Counted from the first letter of the stretch, positions 18,020 through 27,484 are shown. The stretch: DNA of 38,277 bases from Bacteroidales bacterium (GCA_017633495.1 JAGBPE010000235.1:1-38277), one strand, 5' to 3'. Translations and numbers: made by a program. The notes: generated by a model not told the origin, from the letters alone.

Positions 18020-18051
18020 ACAATGTACATACCGTAAATTGTAAACCGTAA
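18000..18051. repeat. Two adjacent heptamer tandem repeats
   Basis: CAATGTA TAATGTA CAATGAA CAATGTA, then ACCGTAA ATTGTAA ACCGTAA; spans the TGA stop. Confidence 0.75.
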
Positions 18052-18062
18052 ATCAACATCCT

Positions 18063-18998
18063 ATGATACAAAAAACACTAACCTCTCTACTTCTGCTTTT
18101 CACTTTTTTTAACCTCTTTGCGCAGGAGAAAGAGACCTACTTGTACGCAACAAAAGACACATCCAAGCTCTATATGGACGTCTATATCCCCCAAGTGCAG
18201 AACGACCAACAGGCGTGCATCATGTTCGTCTTTGGCGGCGGATTCATCAGTGGCAAACGGGATGACAATCAGGTGCAAAAGTTGAAAAAATACTACACCG
18301 ACAAAGGGTATGTCGTTATCGCCATCGACTATCGGTTGGGGATGCGCGGGAAGACGAAAGGTTCGGCCATTGCAAGCGTGAAACAGTTCCAAACGGCAAT
18401 CGATATGGCAGCGGAGGATGTGATTTCGGCGCTGAATTACACCATCCGTAATCTTCGAGACACCAAAAAATATACAATAGATTGCGCAAACATCATTGTG
18501 ATGGGAAGTAGTGCGGGAGCCATTGCTGTTCTACAAGCCGATTATGCGATGTGCAACGGCTACCTCAACAGCGACATACTGCCTTACAGTTTCCGCTTGG
18601 CAGGAGTGATCTCCTATTCGGGCGCCATCTTTTCCACCCATGGCAGACCGAAATACAAGTTGCACGAGCCCGCGCCTACGCTTTTCTGTCACGGCGACAA
18701 AGACAAACTGGTGATTTACAACAACACCCAGTTCTTCAACATTGGTCTCTTCGGTTCCAGCGCCATCGCCAAACAGTTCAAGAAAAAGGGTTACGGCTAT
18801 CATATCCGCCGCTATACCGGTCTCGGACACCAGGTGGCTACGATTTACAATGACGAATTTCCCGTCATCGACCACTTCCTCAACACTGTTGTCTTCGGCT
18901 GTCCGAAAACCCAAATCGATGAAACCTACTACAACCCGAGCATCGAACCCAAATGGATGAATTTGCGCGTTCGCGACTTAAAGAAATATGACAAATAA
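18063..18998 (+). CDS. Secreted alpha/beta hydrolase (carboxylesterase-like)
   Basis: Signal peptide; FGGGF oxyanion motif, IDYRLG, GSSAG nucleophile elbow, HGDKDKLV, GH. Confidence 0.88.
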   Translation: MIQKTLTSLLLLFTFFNLFAQEKETYLYATKDTSKLYMDVYIPQVQNDQQACIMFVFGGGFISGKRDDNQVQKLKKYYTDKGYVVIAIDYRLGMRGKTKGSAIASVKQFQTAIDMAAEDVISALNYTIRNLRDTKKYTIDCANIIVMGSSAGAIAVLQADYAMCNGYLNSDILPYSFRLAGVISYSGAIFSTHGRPKYKLHEPAPTLFCHGDKDKLVIYNNTQFFNIGLFGSSAIAKQFKKKGYGYHIRRYTGLGHQVATIYNDEFPVIDHFLNTVVFGCPKTQIDETYYNPSIEPKWMNLRVRDLKKYDK

Positions 18999-19001
18999 AA
19001 C

Positions 19002-19030
19002 GTAGGGCTGCCACAATGTGACAGCCCTAC
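19002..19030. repeat. GTAG-type REP-like hairpin, second sequence family; may act as terminator
   Basis: GTAGGGCTG-CCACAATGTGA-CAGCCCTAC between convergent genes, without poly-T tails. Confidence 0.7.
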
Positions 19031-19053
19031 ATCATTCCATTACTAATTTCTAA

Positions 19054-21978
19054 TTATCTAACCAAAGTCACCGTACCCGTGTACTCCTTGTCTTCCGCAT
19101 TCAGGTTTACAAGACGGATCAGGTAGATGTACACACCTTCGGGACACATTTGTCCGTATTTGTTGCGGCCGTCCCAATAATCGTAAGGATTCAGGGTGGA
19201 GAAAATCAACATGCCGGAGCGGTCGAAAATCTGCATCTGGTAATTGTCGGGATCCACGCCCTGACCTTTCGGAGCAAAAGTCTCGTTAACACCATCGCCA
19301 TCAGGCGTGAATGCATTGGGGATGTAAAAGAAGTAGGGCACTTCTACCGAAACGCGAGCCTTTATGGAATCCACACAACCGAACGTATCCGTAGCTGTCA
19401 GTGAGATAGTGTAATATCCAGAATGGGTATAATCATGTGTCACTTCCTCCACATTTTCCAAAATATTGACATTGGAGAAAATATCCCCGAAGTTCCAAAC
19501 CAAGTGATAATCACCGGAAGAGAGGCTCGTACAGGTCACTGTACCGACACCGTTTTCCACGTATATTTCAGTAGGTGAAGCCACGAAGGAGGGCACCGGC
19601 AGCGGCAATACTGTCACTGTGATATCATCCGTAACTTGACAGTTACCGATCATGGTGGCGGTCACCGTATAGGTGGTGGTCACCTGCGGGGAAACCGTGA
19701 TGGAGGAGGTATTTTGGCCACTGCTCCAATGGAACTCGTTGGATGAAGAGTGGGAAGCCGTCAGTGTGGTGGACTTGCCCAAACAGATGGTGTCGACACC
19801 CGAAATGACAGGCAGTTCCAGTTCCGTAACCAGCACTGTCACAGAGTCGCACTTGGTACAACCGTTGTCAAAGGTAACCGTCACTAAATAGGTGGTCGTC
19901 TCAGACGGGGAAACGACAGGAGTGGCAACCGTGTCACCGGAGCTCCAAGAGTAGCGCTCGGGGTGAATTTGCGGGTAATTCTGGAAATTCACACCCAAAG
20001 AAGCATTGTCATTCGGACAGATATAGTTGGTTCCTGTGCTGGTAGTGGCATCCACATCGGGAATCTCCACCTTGATGGTAACGGTGTCACGAAGAGTGAA
20101 CGGATCGCCAATGGAATTCGTGTACTTATATTCGGCGATATATTTGGTCGTTTCCGAAGGGCTCACCATAATTCTTGTATTCTTCGCGTGTGCATCATAA
20201 CTGATGATGTTTGCAGGAGAGACAGAATTGGCATACCACGTCAGCTCTGCATTTTCATCCAACGGAGTAATCGGGGTGAAACGCCAAGCCTCCTCGTCAG
20301 CCGTCCAACCAGTCATACCTCTGCCATTGGGAATCAAAATTTGGGAAGAGGTGTTGTTTTGCAAACCAATAATACCCTCATGGCGACTACTATTTGTGGA
20401 GGCACAACATGCTCTATGCTTCACATACACATCGATGATGTTCGTGCCTTCATAAATCACCATTTGGTAGGTATTGTAGTTGCTGGAACTGCTATGGTTG
20501 CCAAACAGACCGACATTCAAGTAGTTGAACACAAATGCGCGACACGGAGAGCTTCCAAGCACACCCACTCTGACCGCACCAGGAGTGTTGTAGCAATAAG
20601 AATTGTAATAATTACAGTCAATATCCTCATACACACCATAAATGCAATTTTTATAGTTGTACGGCACTGTCATACTTCCGCCGCCCATGGTCTGATTACC
20701 AGAAATACTCGTGGTATAGGGAGGTGAGGCGGGAGGATCACCGTATGCGTATGCACAAGAACCTGAGTGGTTATCCATGGCAATCAGGCCGTTAGTACCT
20801 GGCCACACGGTCGTGTACTGTTTTCCGAAGAAGATGAATGTAAACGGTAATTGGACCGCACTGAGCCAGTTATCATCGGAACTTGCATTAATACTGTTAC
20901 CCTGATTGAATTCGAAAATATGGGATTCAAACGGAATGGATTTCACCGTATAGTCGTTGGTGTATTGTCCCGTGGCGATAATTTCCGCCGAAAGCAGCAC
21001 AACCGGATTATTGCAATCAAAGTCAATTACATGCGGGTTTGGCACATCTGCGTAAGAACCACTTGGGACAATGGTGATACTCGGGCAGGCGCTACCGTCA
21101 GGACTATCGAAAAGTTCTGTAACACAAGAGATTTCGGCACGCCAACCTGCCTTGCTCACATCACCGGCAGCACCTACATAGACAAATGAGAGGGCATTGG
21201 TGCTGGAAAACAGCACCGGAGGCTTGTTACCCGTGGACGCGTCCAATGTGGAGGTACAGAACTGACCAATCAGACGCTTGTTGTTGTCGTAATAGAGACC
21301 GTCATACACCTTCAGCACACCATTGACAGCGAACTGGGTGAAGACACATTTGATATGCGATCCCGTAGGAGATGTAAACTGTGCAAATTGCGTTTCACCT
21401 TGGTTCTCGTTGTTGGAAGCGATATTGCCGTTCGGGCCGCCTGAATCATAGAAATAGGCGTTACAGGTGATATTGAAGACATCCTGTCCGAAAAGTCGGT
21501 TGCCTGGCAATGTGTCGAAGGCATAGACTTGCGCTACCCAACCACTCATTAAGCCCGGAATGTCCACATTATCAGAATGGAAGACAAAGGTCATGTTCTT
21601 TCCGGAAGCATAAAGTTCTCCGGGAGAGTTCACCAAATTGAATGCCCCAATCAGCGGTGCCGTGCAGGAGGGACCATCGTAAATCCACAATGTGTCGCCC
21701 TCTGACATCTCGAATTCTTCGAAATTGATATAGAGCACAGAATTGGTCATACTGATACGCAATGTCATCGTGTCACGCAAATTCTGAGCAAAATTGCCAT
21801 CCGGATCCTGATTTTCTCCCATTTCCGTCGGTGTGCCACCTGGGTCATAGAAAAAACGGGGCGAATCGTCAATATCACTCACCAAGGGTGCAGACCCCAT
21901 TATAATCGACTGGCTAATAGCAACTTGTGTAATCAACAACAATGATAACAACAAGGGTAAACGCAAAATTTTCTTCAT
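19054..21978 (-). CDS. Large T9SS type B substrate with CUB-like, Ig-like/PKD domains and gliding motility-associated CTD
   Basis: Signal peptide; two FYDxGG...YDG CUB-like units; ICLGKSTTLTA/VSPQVTTTYTVT repeats; WNFGD PKD; YIPNAFTPDGDGVNETF...GTVTLVR. Confidence 0.85.
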   Translation of the reverse strand: MKKILRLPLLLSLLLITQVAISQSIIMGSAPLVSDIDDSPRFFYDPGGTPTEMGENQDPDGNFAQNLRDTMTLRISMTNSVLYINFEEFEMSEGDTLWIYDGPSCTAPLIGAFNLVNSPGELYASGKNMTFVFHSDNVDIPGLMSGWVAQVYAFDTLPGNRLFGQDVFNITCNAYFYDSGGPNGNIASNNENQGETQFAQFTSPTGSHIKCVFTQFAVNGVLKVYDGLYYDNNKRLIGQFCTSTLDASTGNKPPVLFSSTNALSFVYVGAAGDVSKAGWRAEISCVTELFDSPDGSACPSITIVPSGSYADVPNPHVIDFDCNNPVVLLSAEIIATGQYTNDYTVKSIPFESHIFEFNQGNSINASSDDNWLSAVQLPFTFIFFGKQYTTVWPGTNGLIAMDNHSGSCAYAYGDPPASPPYTTSISGNQTMGGGSMTVPYNYKNCIYGVYEDIDCNYYNSYCYNTPGAVRVGVLGSSPCRAFVFNYLNVGLFGNHSSSSNYNTYQMVIYEGTNIIDVYVKHRACCASTNSSRHEGIIGLQNNTSSQILIPNGRGMTGWTADEEAWRFTPITPLDENAELTWYANSVSPANIISYDAHAKNTRIMVSPSETTKYIAEYKYTNSIGDPFTLRDTVTIKVEIPDVDATTSTGTNYICPNDNASLGVNFQNYPQIHPERYSWSSGDTVATPVVSPSETTTYLVTVTFDNGCTKCDSVTVLVTELELPVISGVDTICLGKSTTLTASHSSSNEFHWSSGQNTSSITVSPQVTTTYTVTATMIGNCQVTDDITVTVLPLPVPSFVASPTEIYVENGVGTVTCTSLSSGDYHLVWNFGDIFSNVNILENVEEVTHDYTHSGYYTISLTATDTFGCVDSIKARVSVEVPYFFYIPNAFTPDGDGVNETFAPKGQGVDPDNYQMQIFDRSGMLIFSTLNPYDYWDGRNKYGQMCPEGVYIYLIRLVNLNAEDKEYTGTVTLVR

Positions 21979-22067
21979 CTTATTCGTATAATTATATTCC
22001 CTTAACGAAATTCATCTCCGATTGTTACAAACTTTTTTCAACCTTGTATACAATATTATATAAAGCG

Positions 22068-22122
22068 CAAAAATACAAAAATTTTAAGAACGTGATTTTA
22101 TTTCAAAAAAAGTGTATTTTTG
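22068..22122. promoter_or_regulatory. Divergent housekeeping -7 promoter boxes
   Basis: TATTTTTG on minus at 22068-22075 (T9SS substrate) and TATTTTTG on plus at 22115-22122 (tRNA). Confidence 0.65.
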
Positions 22123-22137
22123 CAGCCGCAAAACGGA

Positions 22138-22210
22138 CGGGGTGTGGCGCAGTTGGTAGCGCGCTACGTTCGGGACGTAGAGGCCGGAAGTTCGAGTCTT
22201 CTCACCCCGA
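22138..22210 (+). tRNA. tRNA-Pro (anticodon CGG)
   Basis: Acceptor stem CGGGGTG/CACCCCG plus discriminator A; anticodon arm CTACG-TTCGGGA-CGTAG; T loop TTCGAGT; CCA not encoded (CTA follows). Confidence 0.96.
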
Positions 22211-22221
22211 CTAAAACATTG

Positions 22222-22249
22222 AAAAACACGGTATTCGCCGTGTTTTTTT
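22222..22249 (+). terminator. Rho-independent terminator after tRNA
   Basis: AAAAACACGG-TATTCG-CCGTGTTTTTTT. Confidence 0.8.
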
Positions 22250-22265
22250 CTTTTAAACCAAACTG

Positions 22266-22293
22266 TTGCCTATTGCCTTTTGCCTATTGCCTA
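22266..22293. repeat. Heptamer tandem repeat
   Basis: TTGCCTA TTGCCTT TTGCCTA TTGCCTA directly upstream of a TATCTTTG box at 22301-22308. Confidence 0.8.
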
Positions 22294-22327
22294 AAAAATG
22301 TATCTTTGCCGCCTAATTCAAAAAATT

Positions 22328-22999
22328 ATGACAAAACCCATTTTCTATATCGTCACCCTGACCGTCGCTTTTCTCGTGAGCGCCTGCACCCACACGGAGA
22401 CCACCTACTATCCGGATGGAAAAACCCAGTCTGTCATACAATATAAAGGGAAAAAGGAGCATGGCAAGACTGTCTATTTTTTCCGAAACCCCAGCAACAG
22501 CGTAGAGATTGAGGTGGAGATGAAAAACGGAAAACGCAACGGCGAATTCCGCCGGTACTTCGAAAACGGACTGCTGGACACCTACTGCGTTTACGAAAAC
22601 GACTCCATCGAAGGGCTGGAAATCATGTACATGGCCAATGGCTGCAAAAGTCAAGATTACACCTACGTGCACGGCAAAAAGTGCGGACCGCACCACGCTT
22701 ACCACATAGATGGAAGCATCAAAATCGAGGGCGGATTCAACAACGACCTCTTCGACGGACCTTGGACCTACTACGACGAGCGCGGAGTGGTGGTGGGCGA
22801 AGGCACTTTCCATAATGGAGATGGAGAGGTTACATTCTACGACAAAAACGGGCAAAAAGCACGCACCACCCATTACAAACACAACCAAAAGGAGGGTGCA
22901 GAAACCTATTTCACCCCCTCTGGCGAAGTCTACCGCGAAATCATCTTCAAGGCTGACCGCATCCTCAGCGACAAAACCGACTCCACCCTGCTGAAATAA
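22328..22999 (+). CDS. MORN-variant repeat lipoprotein (YwqK-like)
   Basis: Lipobox VSAC; repeats such as KNGKRNGEFRRYFENG and DGPWTYYDERG; start placed after the promoter box. Confidence 0.8.
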   Translation: MTKPIFYIVTLTVAFLVSACTHTETTYYPDGKTQSVIQYKGKKEHGKTVYFFRNPSNSVEIEVEMKNGKRNGEFRRYFENGLLDTYCVYENDSIEGLEIMYMANGCKSQDYTYVHGKKCGPHHAYHIDGSIKIEGGFNNDLFDGPWTYYDERGVVVGEGTFHNGDGEVTFYDKNGQKARTTHYKHNQKEGAETYFTPSGEVYREIIFKADRILSDKTDSTLLK

Positions 23000-23002
23000 T
23001 TC

Positions 23003-24529
23003 ATGAGACATCTTCTCCCGATATTAGCCATCATCGTTCTGTGTATCAGCAGCATACACGGACAAGGGGGCCGCAAGATCCTCTATCGCGCGGACATGGG
23101 CTATTATGACGAGGAAGCTTACCCTGGTGCGCAACGCCTTATCGGAAATGTTAAGTTCAAGCAAGACAATGTGATAGGCTATTGCGACAGCGCATATCTC
23201 TATGAGGCAGACAATTACATTATCGCTTTCGGCAATCCCGTGCGGTTTGTCATCAGCGACTCCATCCGACTGTTCGGACAGCGTGCCACCTACGACGGTA
23301 ACATCCGACAAGCCTCCATCTCCGGCCTTGTTAGGCTCGAAAACGGCAAGTCCTACCTCCTGTCCGACAGCCTCTTTTACGACCTCAACATCGACTGCGG
23401 TTTTTATGTCACTGGCGGTCAAATCTTTAACGAAGCCGATACGCTCACCAGCCAAATCGGCAAATACTACACGAACACCGACGATGCCTACCTCCACCAA
23501 AATGTGCTACTCCGCAGTAGCAGCTACCAAATGGACTGTGACTCACTGCGTTACAACGCCGCATCCAAAATTGCCTATTTCATCTCGCCCACACACCTCG
23601 TCAACGAAGAGAACACCATCTTCACCGACCGCGGCCTCTACAACACCGAAGCCGACGTCTCCATCCTCTACGGCAATGTGCAGCTTTTGGGCGAAAAACA
23701 GCAGCTTTTCGCCGACAGCATCTATTATGACCAGACGCTGAAATACGGAAAAGCTTGGAACAATGCCCGTTTCGTGGACACCGTCAACCACTTCATCGTG
23801 ATGGGGAACTACCTTGAGCATCATGAAAAAGGCGGCACCTCCATCGCCACCGACAGCAACCTGCTTATCTACATCGACGAGAATCACGACTCCTTGTACC
23901 TCCATTGCGACACGTTGAAAGTGGATTTCGACACGGCCTCAAACCCCACGTTGTTCCGCGCCTATTTCCACACCAAATTCAAGCACAAAGACCTGCAGGG
24001 TGCTTGTGACTCAATAGTTTACAATGTGGAAGACTCCTTATTGGTGATGTATTACAACCCCGTGTGCTGGACCGACAACTACCAACTCTCTGGCGATACG
24101 GTGCGGTTCACCATCCTCGACTCCATCCATTCCACCATCGAATTGTGCAAGTCGGGATTTATTGTCGGCAGTCTATTCGAAGATACGGAATTCAACCAAA
24201 TCAAAGGGCTGAATATCAAAGGGTTCCTGGAAGACAAAAACCTGCAACGGGTAGACATCGTAGGCAACGCCGAGTGCGTCTACTACATCCAAGAGGAGGA
24301 CAGCACATTGATTGGCATCAACACCTCCATCACCAGCGAAATGCGTATCTACCTCGACAGCAACCACATACAACAAATCCGCTACTTCGACGCCCCCAAC
24401 GGACAAGTCTACCCAGATGAAAAGATGGAAGACAAAAACCGTAAACTCCTCGGCTTCCGCTGGCTCGACCTCTACCGTCCCCGCAAGCCGGAAGATCTTT
24501 ACGTAAACCCCATCCCGCGAGAAGATTGA
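23003..24529 (+). CDS. OstA-like (LptA-type beta-jellyroll) protein
   Basis: Signal peptide; GNVKF...CDSAYLY and repeated (A/C)DS(L/I)xY units; C-terminal LLGFRW...RP. Confidence 0.8.
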   Translation: MRHLLPILAIIVLCISSIHGQGGRKILYRADMGYYDEEAYPGAQRLIGNVKFKQDNVIGYCDSAYLYEADNYIIAFGNPVRFVISDSIRLFGQRATYDGNIRQASISGLVRLENGKSYLLSDSLFYDLNIDCGFYVTGGQIFNEADTLTSQIGKYYTNTDDAYLHQNVLLRSSSYQMDCDSLRYNAASKIAYFISPTHLVNEENTIFTDRGLYNTEADVSILYGNVQLLGEKQQLFADSIYYDQTLKYGKAWNNARFVDTVNHFIVMGNYLEHHEKGGTSIATDSNLLIYIDENHDSLYLHCDTLKVDFDTASNPTLFRAYFHTKFKHKDLQGACDSIVYNVEDSLLVMYYNPVCWTDNYQLSGDTVRFTILDSIHSTIELCKSGFIVGSLFEDTEFNQIKGLNIKGFLEDKNLQRVDIVGNAECVYYIQEEDSTLIGINTSITSEMRIYLDSNHIQQIRYFDAPNGQVYPDEKMEDKNRKLLGFRWLDLYRPRKPEDLYVNPIPRED

Positions 24530-26325
24530 AAGAAACTCCCGAACATATTAAACTGATTCTCAAAACCTTGCCCGAGAAGCCCGGCGTATACCGCTTCTAC
24601 GACGACAAGGGCGTGGTCATCTATGTCGGGAAGGCAAAACGGCTGAAACGTCGCGTCTCCTCCTACTTCAACAAGGATCACGACTCCGCGAAAGTGCGGA
24701 TGCTGGTAACGAAAATCCGTGACATCCAGACCGTTGTGGTGGATTCCGAGTGGGACGCTTTGTTGCTGGAAAACAGCATGATCAAGCAGTTTAAGCCGAA
24801 GTACAACATCATGTTGAAAGACGACAAGACCTACCCGTGGATCGCAGTGACTAAGGAGACTTTTCCGCGGATATTCTCCACACGCCGTCCGGAACCTGCC
24901 AAGATGCAACTCTTCGGACCCTACTCCTCTGTGCGGCAGATGAACGTGCTGCTTGACCTCCTCAACGAGATGTTTCCGTTGCGTAACTGCAAGATACTGA
25001 GGAACAACGATCGTCCCTGCATGCAGTACCAGATCAAGAAGTGCGCCGCACCCTGCTGTGGACTCATCTCGGCGGAGAAATACCAGTCGAACATCGACAA
25101 GGCCGTCCAAATCATCAAGGGCAACCGTAAGGAGGTGATTCGGCAGCTGCGCGAGGAGATGATGCAATACGCCGACGAGCTGAAATTCGAACAGGCCGGC
25201 GAGGTGAAGCGCAAAATCGAGGCATTGGAAAACTTCATCGGCAAGTCTGTGGTGGTGAACCCGTCGCTGACCAACATGGACGTTTTCGGGATGGAAGAAG
25301 AGGACAACTGCGCCTATATCAGCTTCTTGCGCGTGGTGGACGGTGCAGTGGTGCAGGCGCACACCTTAGAAATCGACAACCGTTTGGAAATGTCGCGCGA
25401 AGACACACTCTGGGCCGGCATCCTCGAAATCCAGGAGCGGCTGGGCAGCCTCTCCCCCACTCTGTTGGTACCCTTCGCACCCGCACTCGCGCCCGAAGGC
25501 TGGGATCTGCAAGTGCCTCAGCGCGGCGACAAGCGCAAGCTGCTCGAACTGGCCACCCATAACGCCCACTTTTATATGTTGGAGAAGAAAAAGCGGCAGG
25601 ATCTGGTGGATCCCGACCGCCGCAACCAGCGGGTGCTTCTCGCATTGCAAGAAGCCCTCGGCATGAAGACGCTGCCGCGCCGCATCGAGTGTTTCGACAA
25701 CTCCAACACGCAGGGCGAGGAACCTGTGGCCGCCATGAGCTGCTTCATCGACGGCAAACCCGCCAAGAGCGAATACCGCCACTTCAATATTAAAACTGTG
25801 GTCGGCGCTGACGACTTCGCTTCCATGGAGGAGGTCATCTACCGTCGCTACCACCGACTGTTGGAAGAGAACAAACCGCTGCCCGACCTCGTGGTTATCG
25901 ACGGCGGCAAAGGACAGTTGCACGCCGCCTGGAACGCCATCATCGCCCTCCACATCGAGGACCGACTGATGATGGTGGGCATCGCCAAGCGACTGGAGGA
26001 CATCTACAAGGTAGGCGACGACCTGCCCGTCTACATTGACAAACGCTCCGAAGCGCAAAAACTGCTGCAACACGTGCGCGACGAGGTACACCGTTTCGGT
26101 ATCACGCACCACCGCAAACGCCGCAGCAAAACGAGTATCGCCTCTATTTTAGACGATGCCCCAGGTATCGGCAAAGTATTGAAGACCAAACTGTTGAAAG
26201 AATTCAAAAGCGTGGCGAAAATCACCTCAGCTTCTGAAGCGGAACTTGCAGAAGTCATCGGTCCGAAGAAGGCCGCGGACTTGAAAGCATACTTGAATAA
26301 TTCCCAAAAACCGTCTCTTAGCTGA
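24526..26325 (+). CDS. uvrC: Excinuclease ABC subunit C
   Basis: GIY-YIG (PGVY...IYVGKAK), UVR domain, IECFDNSN, IDGGKGQL, RDEVHRFGI, HhH; TTG start overlapping the upstream TGA. Confidence 0.97.
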   Translation: MKETPEHIKLILKTLPEKPGVYRFYDDKGVVIYVGKAKRLKRRVSSYFNKDHDSAKVRMLVTKIRDIQTVVVDSEWDALLLENSMIKQFKPKYNIMLKDDKTYPWIAVTKETFPRIFSTRRPEPAKMQLFGPYSSVRQMNVLLDLLNEMFPLRNCKILRNNDRPCMQYQIKKCAAPCCGLISAEKYQSNIDKAVQIIKGNRKEVIRQLREEMMQYADELKFEQAGEVKRKIEALENFIGKSVVVNPSLTNMDVFGMEEEDNCAYISFLRVVDGAVVQAHTLEIDNRLEMSREDTLWAGILEIQERLGSLSPTLLVPFAPALAPEGWDLQVPQRGDKRKLLELATHNAHFYMLEKKKRQDLVDPDRRNQRVLLALQEALGMKTLPRRIECFDNSNTQGEEPVAAMSCFIDGKPAKSEYRHFNIKTVVGADDFASMEEVIYRRYHRLLEENKPLPDLVVIDGGKGQLHAAWNAIIALHIEDRLMMVGIAKRLEDIYKVGDDLPVYIDKRSEAQKLLQHVRDEVHRFGITHHRKRRSKTSIASILDDAPGIGKVLKTKLLKEFKSVAKITSASEAELAEVIGPKKAADLKAYLNNSQKPSLS

Positions 26326-26332
26326 CGTCACC

Positions 26333-27439
26333 TCACGACAGCTTCACGATTTCATCGTAAATCAGGTCAATCGCATTAGGCAGAGCGAACTGCTTGATGT
26401 TGTTGGCTAATGTCTCCATACGATGTGGATCATTCACTAATTGCAACAGCGTGGGTATCAGCTTCTCCTTCGCCTCTTTATCCGAAATGAGCAGCGCGGC
26501 ATCCTTCGTGGAAAGGGCTTTGGCATTGAAGGTCTGATGGTCCTCGGCGGCGTATGGGAACGGTACGAGAATAGTGGGCACTCCCACGATGGCCAGCTCT
26601 GCCAACGCAAGTGCACCCGCACGTGAAATGATGACATCGGCCATGCTGTAAGCGTCGTTCATGTTCTTGATAAACGGCACGATATGGATGTATTCGTCTT
26701 GCTGTTTCAGCAGTTCGGGGTCAATGTTTTTGTAGAACTGCTCGCCAGTTTGCCACAGCAGCTGCAAATCTGCCTTTCGGAACTCATCGAGATGAGCAGC
26801 CATGGTTTGGTTGAGGGTGCGCGCACCGAGGCTACCACCGACCACCAACACGGTCTTTTTCTCTGGATTAAGGTTGAAATATTCGTAGGCGCTGGCCTTC
26901 TTGCGCTCCAGCTGCAGAATCTCTTTGCGAATAGGGTTACCCGTTTTGATGATCTTCTCCGGCGGGAAAAACTTTTCGAGTCCGTCGTATGCCACGCAGA
27001 TGGCTTTGGCGTTCTTGGCTAACATCTTGTTAGTGACGCCAGGATAGGAATTCTGCTCCTGCAAAAGGGTAGGAATACCGAGCTGGGAGGCGGCCTTCAA
27101 AGCGGGACCGCTGGCGAAACCGCCGACCCCGATGGCCAAATCGGGCTTGAACTCGCGCATGATCTTCTTGGCCTTGGCCATGGCCTTCAGCATCACCATC
27201 GGCAGACGCAGATTGCACATCATCCCGTTGAGCGACTTCTCGCGACTGATGCCGTAAATCTCCAGTCCCTCAATGGGATAGCCAGCCTCGGGCACGCGCC
27301 GCATCTCCATTTTGTCGCTCGCTCCGATAAAGAGGATTTTCGCCTCGGGATTCTCACTTTTGATTTTGTTGGCAATGGCCAATGCGGGGAAAATGTGTCC
27401 GCCGGTGCCGCCGCCGCTGATGATGTATCGCTTTTCCAT
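26333..27439 (-). CDS. murG: Lipid I N-acetylglucosamine transferase MurG
   Basis: GGGTGGHIFPA, GVGGFASGP, EQNSYPGVTN, GNPIR, GGSLGA, SRAGA, DHQTFNA. Confidence 0.97.
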   Translation of the reverse strand: MEKRYIISGGGTGGHIFPALAIANKIKSENPEAKILFIGASDKMEMRRVPEAGYPIEGLEIYGISREKSLNGMMCNLRLPMVMLKAMAKAKKIMREFKPDLAIGVGGFASGPALKAASQLGIPTLLQEQNSYPGVTNKMLAKNAKAICVAYDGLEKFFPPEKIIKTGNPIRKEILQLERKKASAYEYFNLNPEKKTVLVVGGSLGARTLNQTMAAHLDEFRKADLQLLWQTGEQFYKNIDPELLKQQDEYIHIVPFIKNMNDAYSMADVIISRAGALALAELAIVGVPTILVPFPYAAEDHQTFNAKALSTKDAALLISDKEAKEKLIPTLLQLVNDPHRMETLANNIKQFALPNAIDLIYDEIVKLS

Positions 27440-27459
27440 AATGGTTAGGTTTTGTCCCG

Positions 27460-27467
27460 CAAAAATA
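27460..27467 (-). promoter_or_regulatory. Housekeeping -7 box for murG
   Basis: TATTTTTG on minus strand 20 nt upstream of the murG ATG. Confidence 0.6.
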
Positions 27468-27484
27468 CAATTTTTTACTTTCGC

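Noticed and set aside
22210-22213. tRNA gene lacking an encoded CCA
   Set aside because: Common in bacteria that add CCA enzymatically; the cloverleaf is otherwise intact.
22138-22300. tRNA-Pro as an integration site for an island
   Set aside because: No integrase and no duplicate of the tRNA 3' end were seen; downstream genes (OstA-like, uvrC) are core.
22328-22999. YwqK-like 'antitoxin' as part of a toxin-antitoxin system
   Set aside because: It is a MORN-variant repeat lipoprotein with no neighbouring toxin, in an operon with an OstA-like gene and uvrC.
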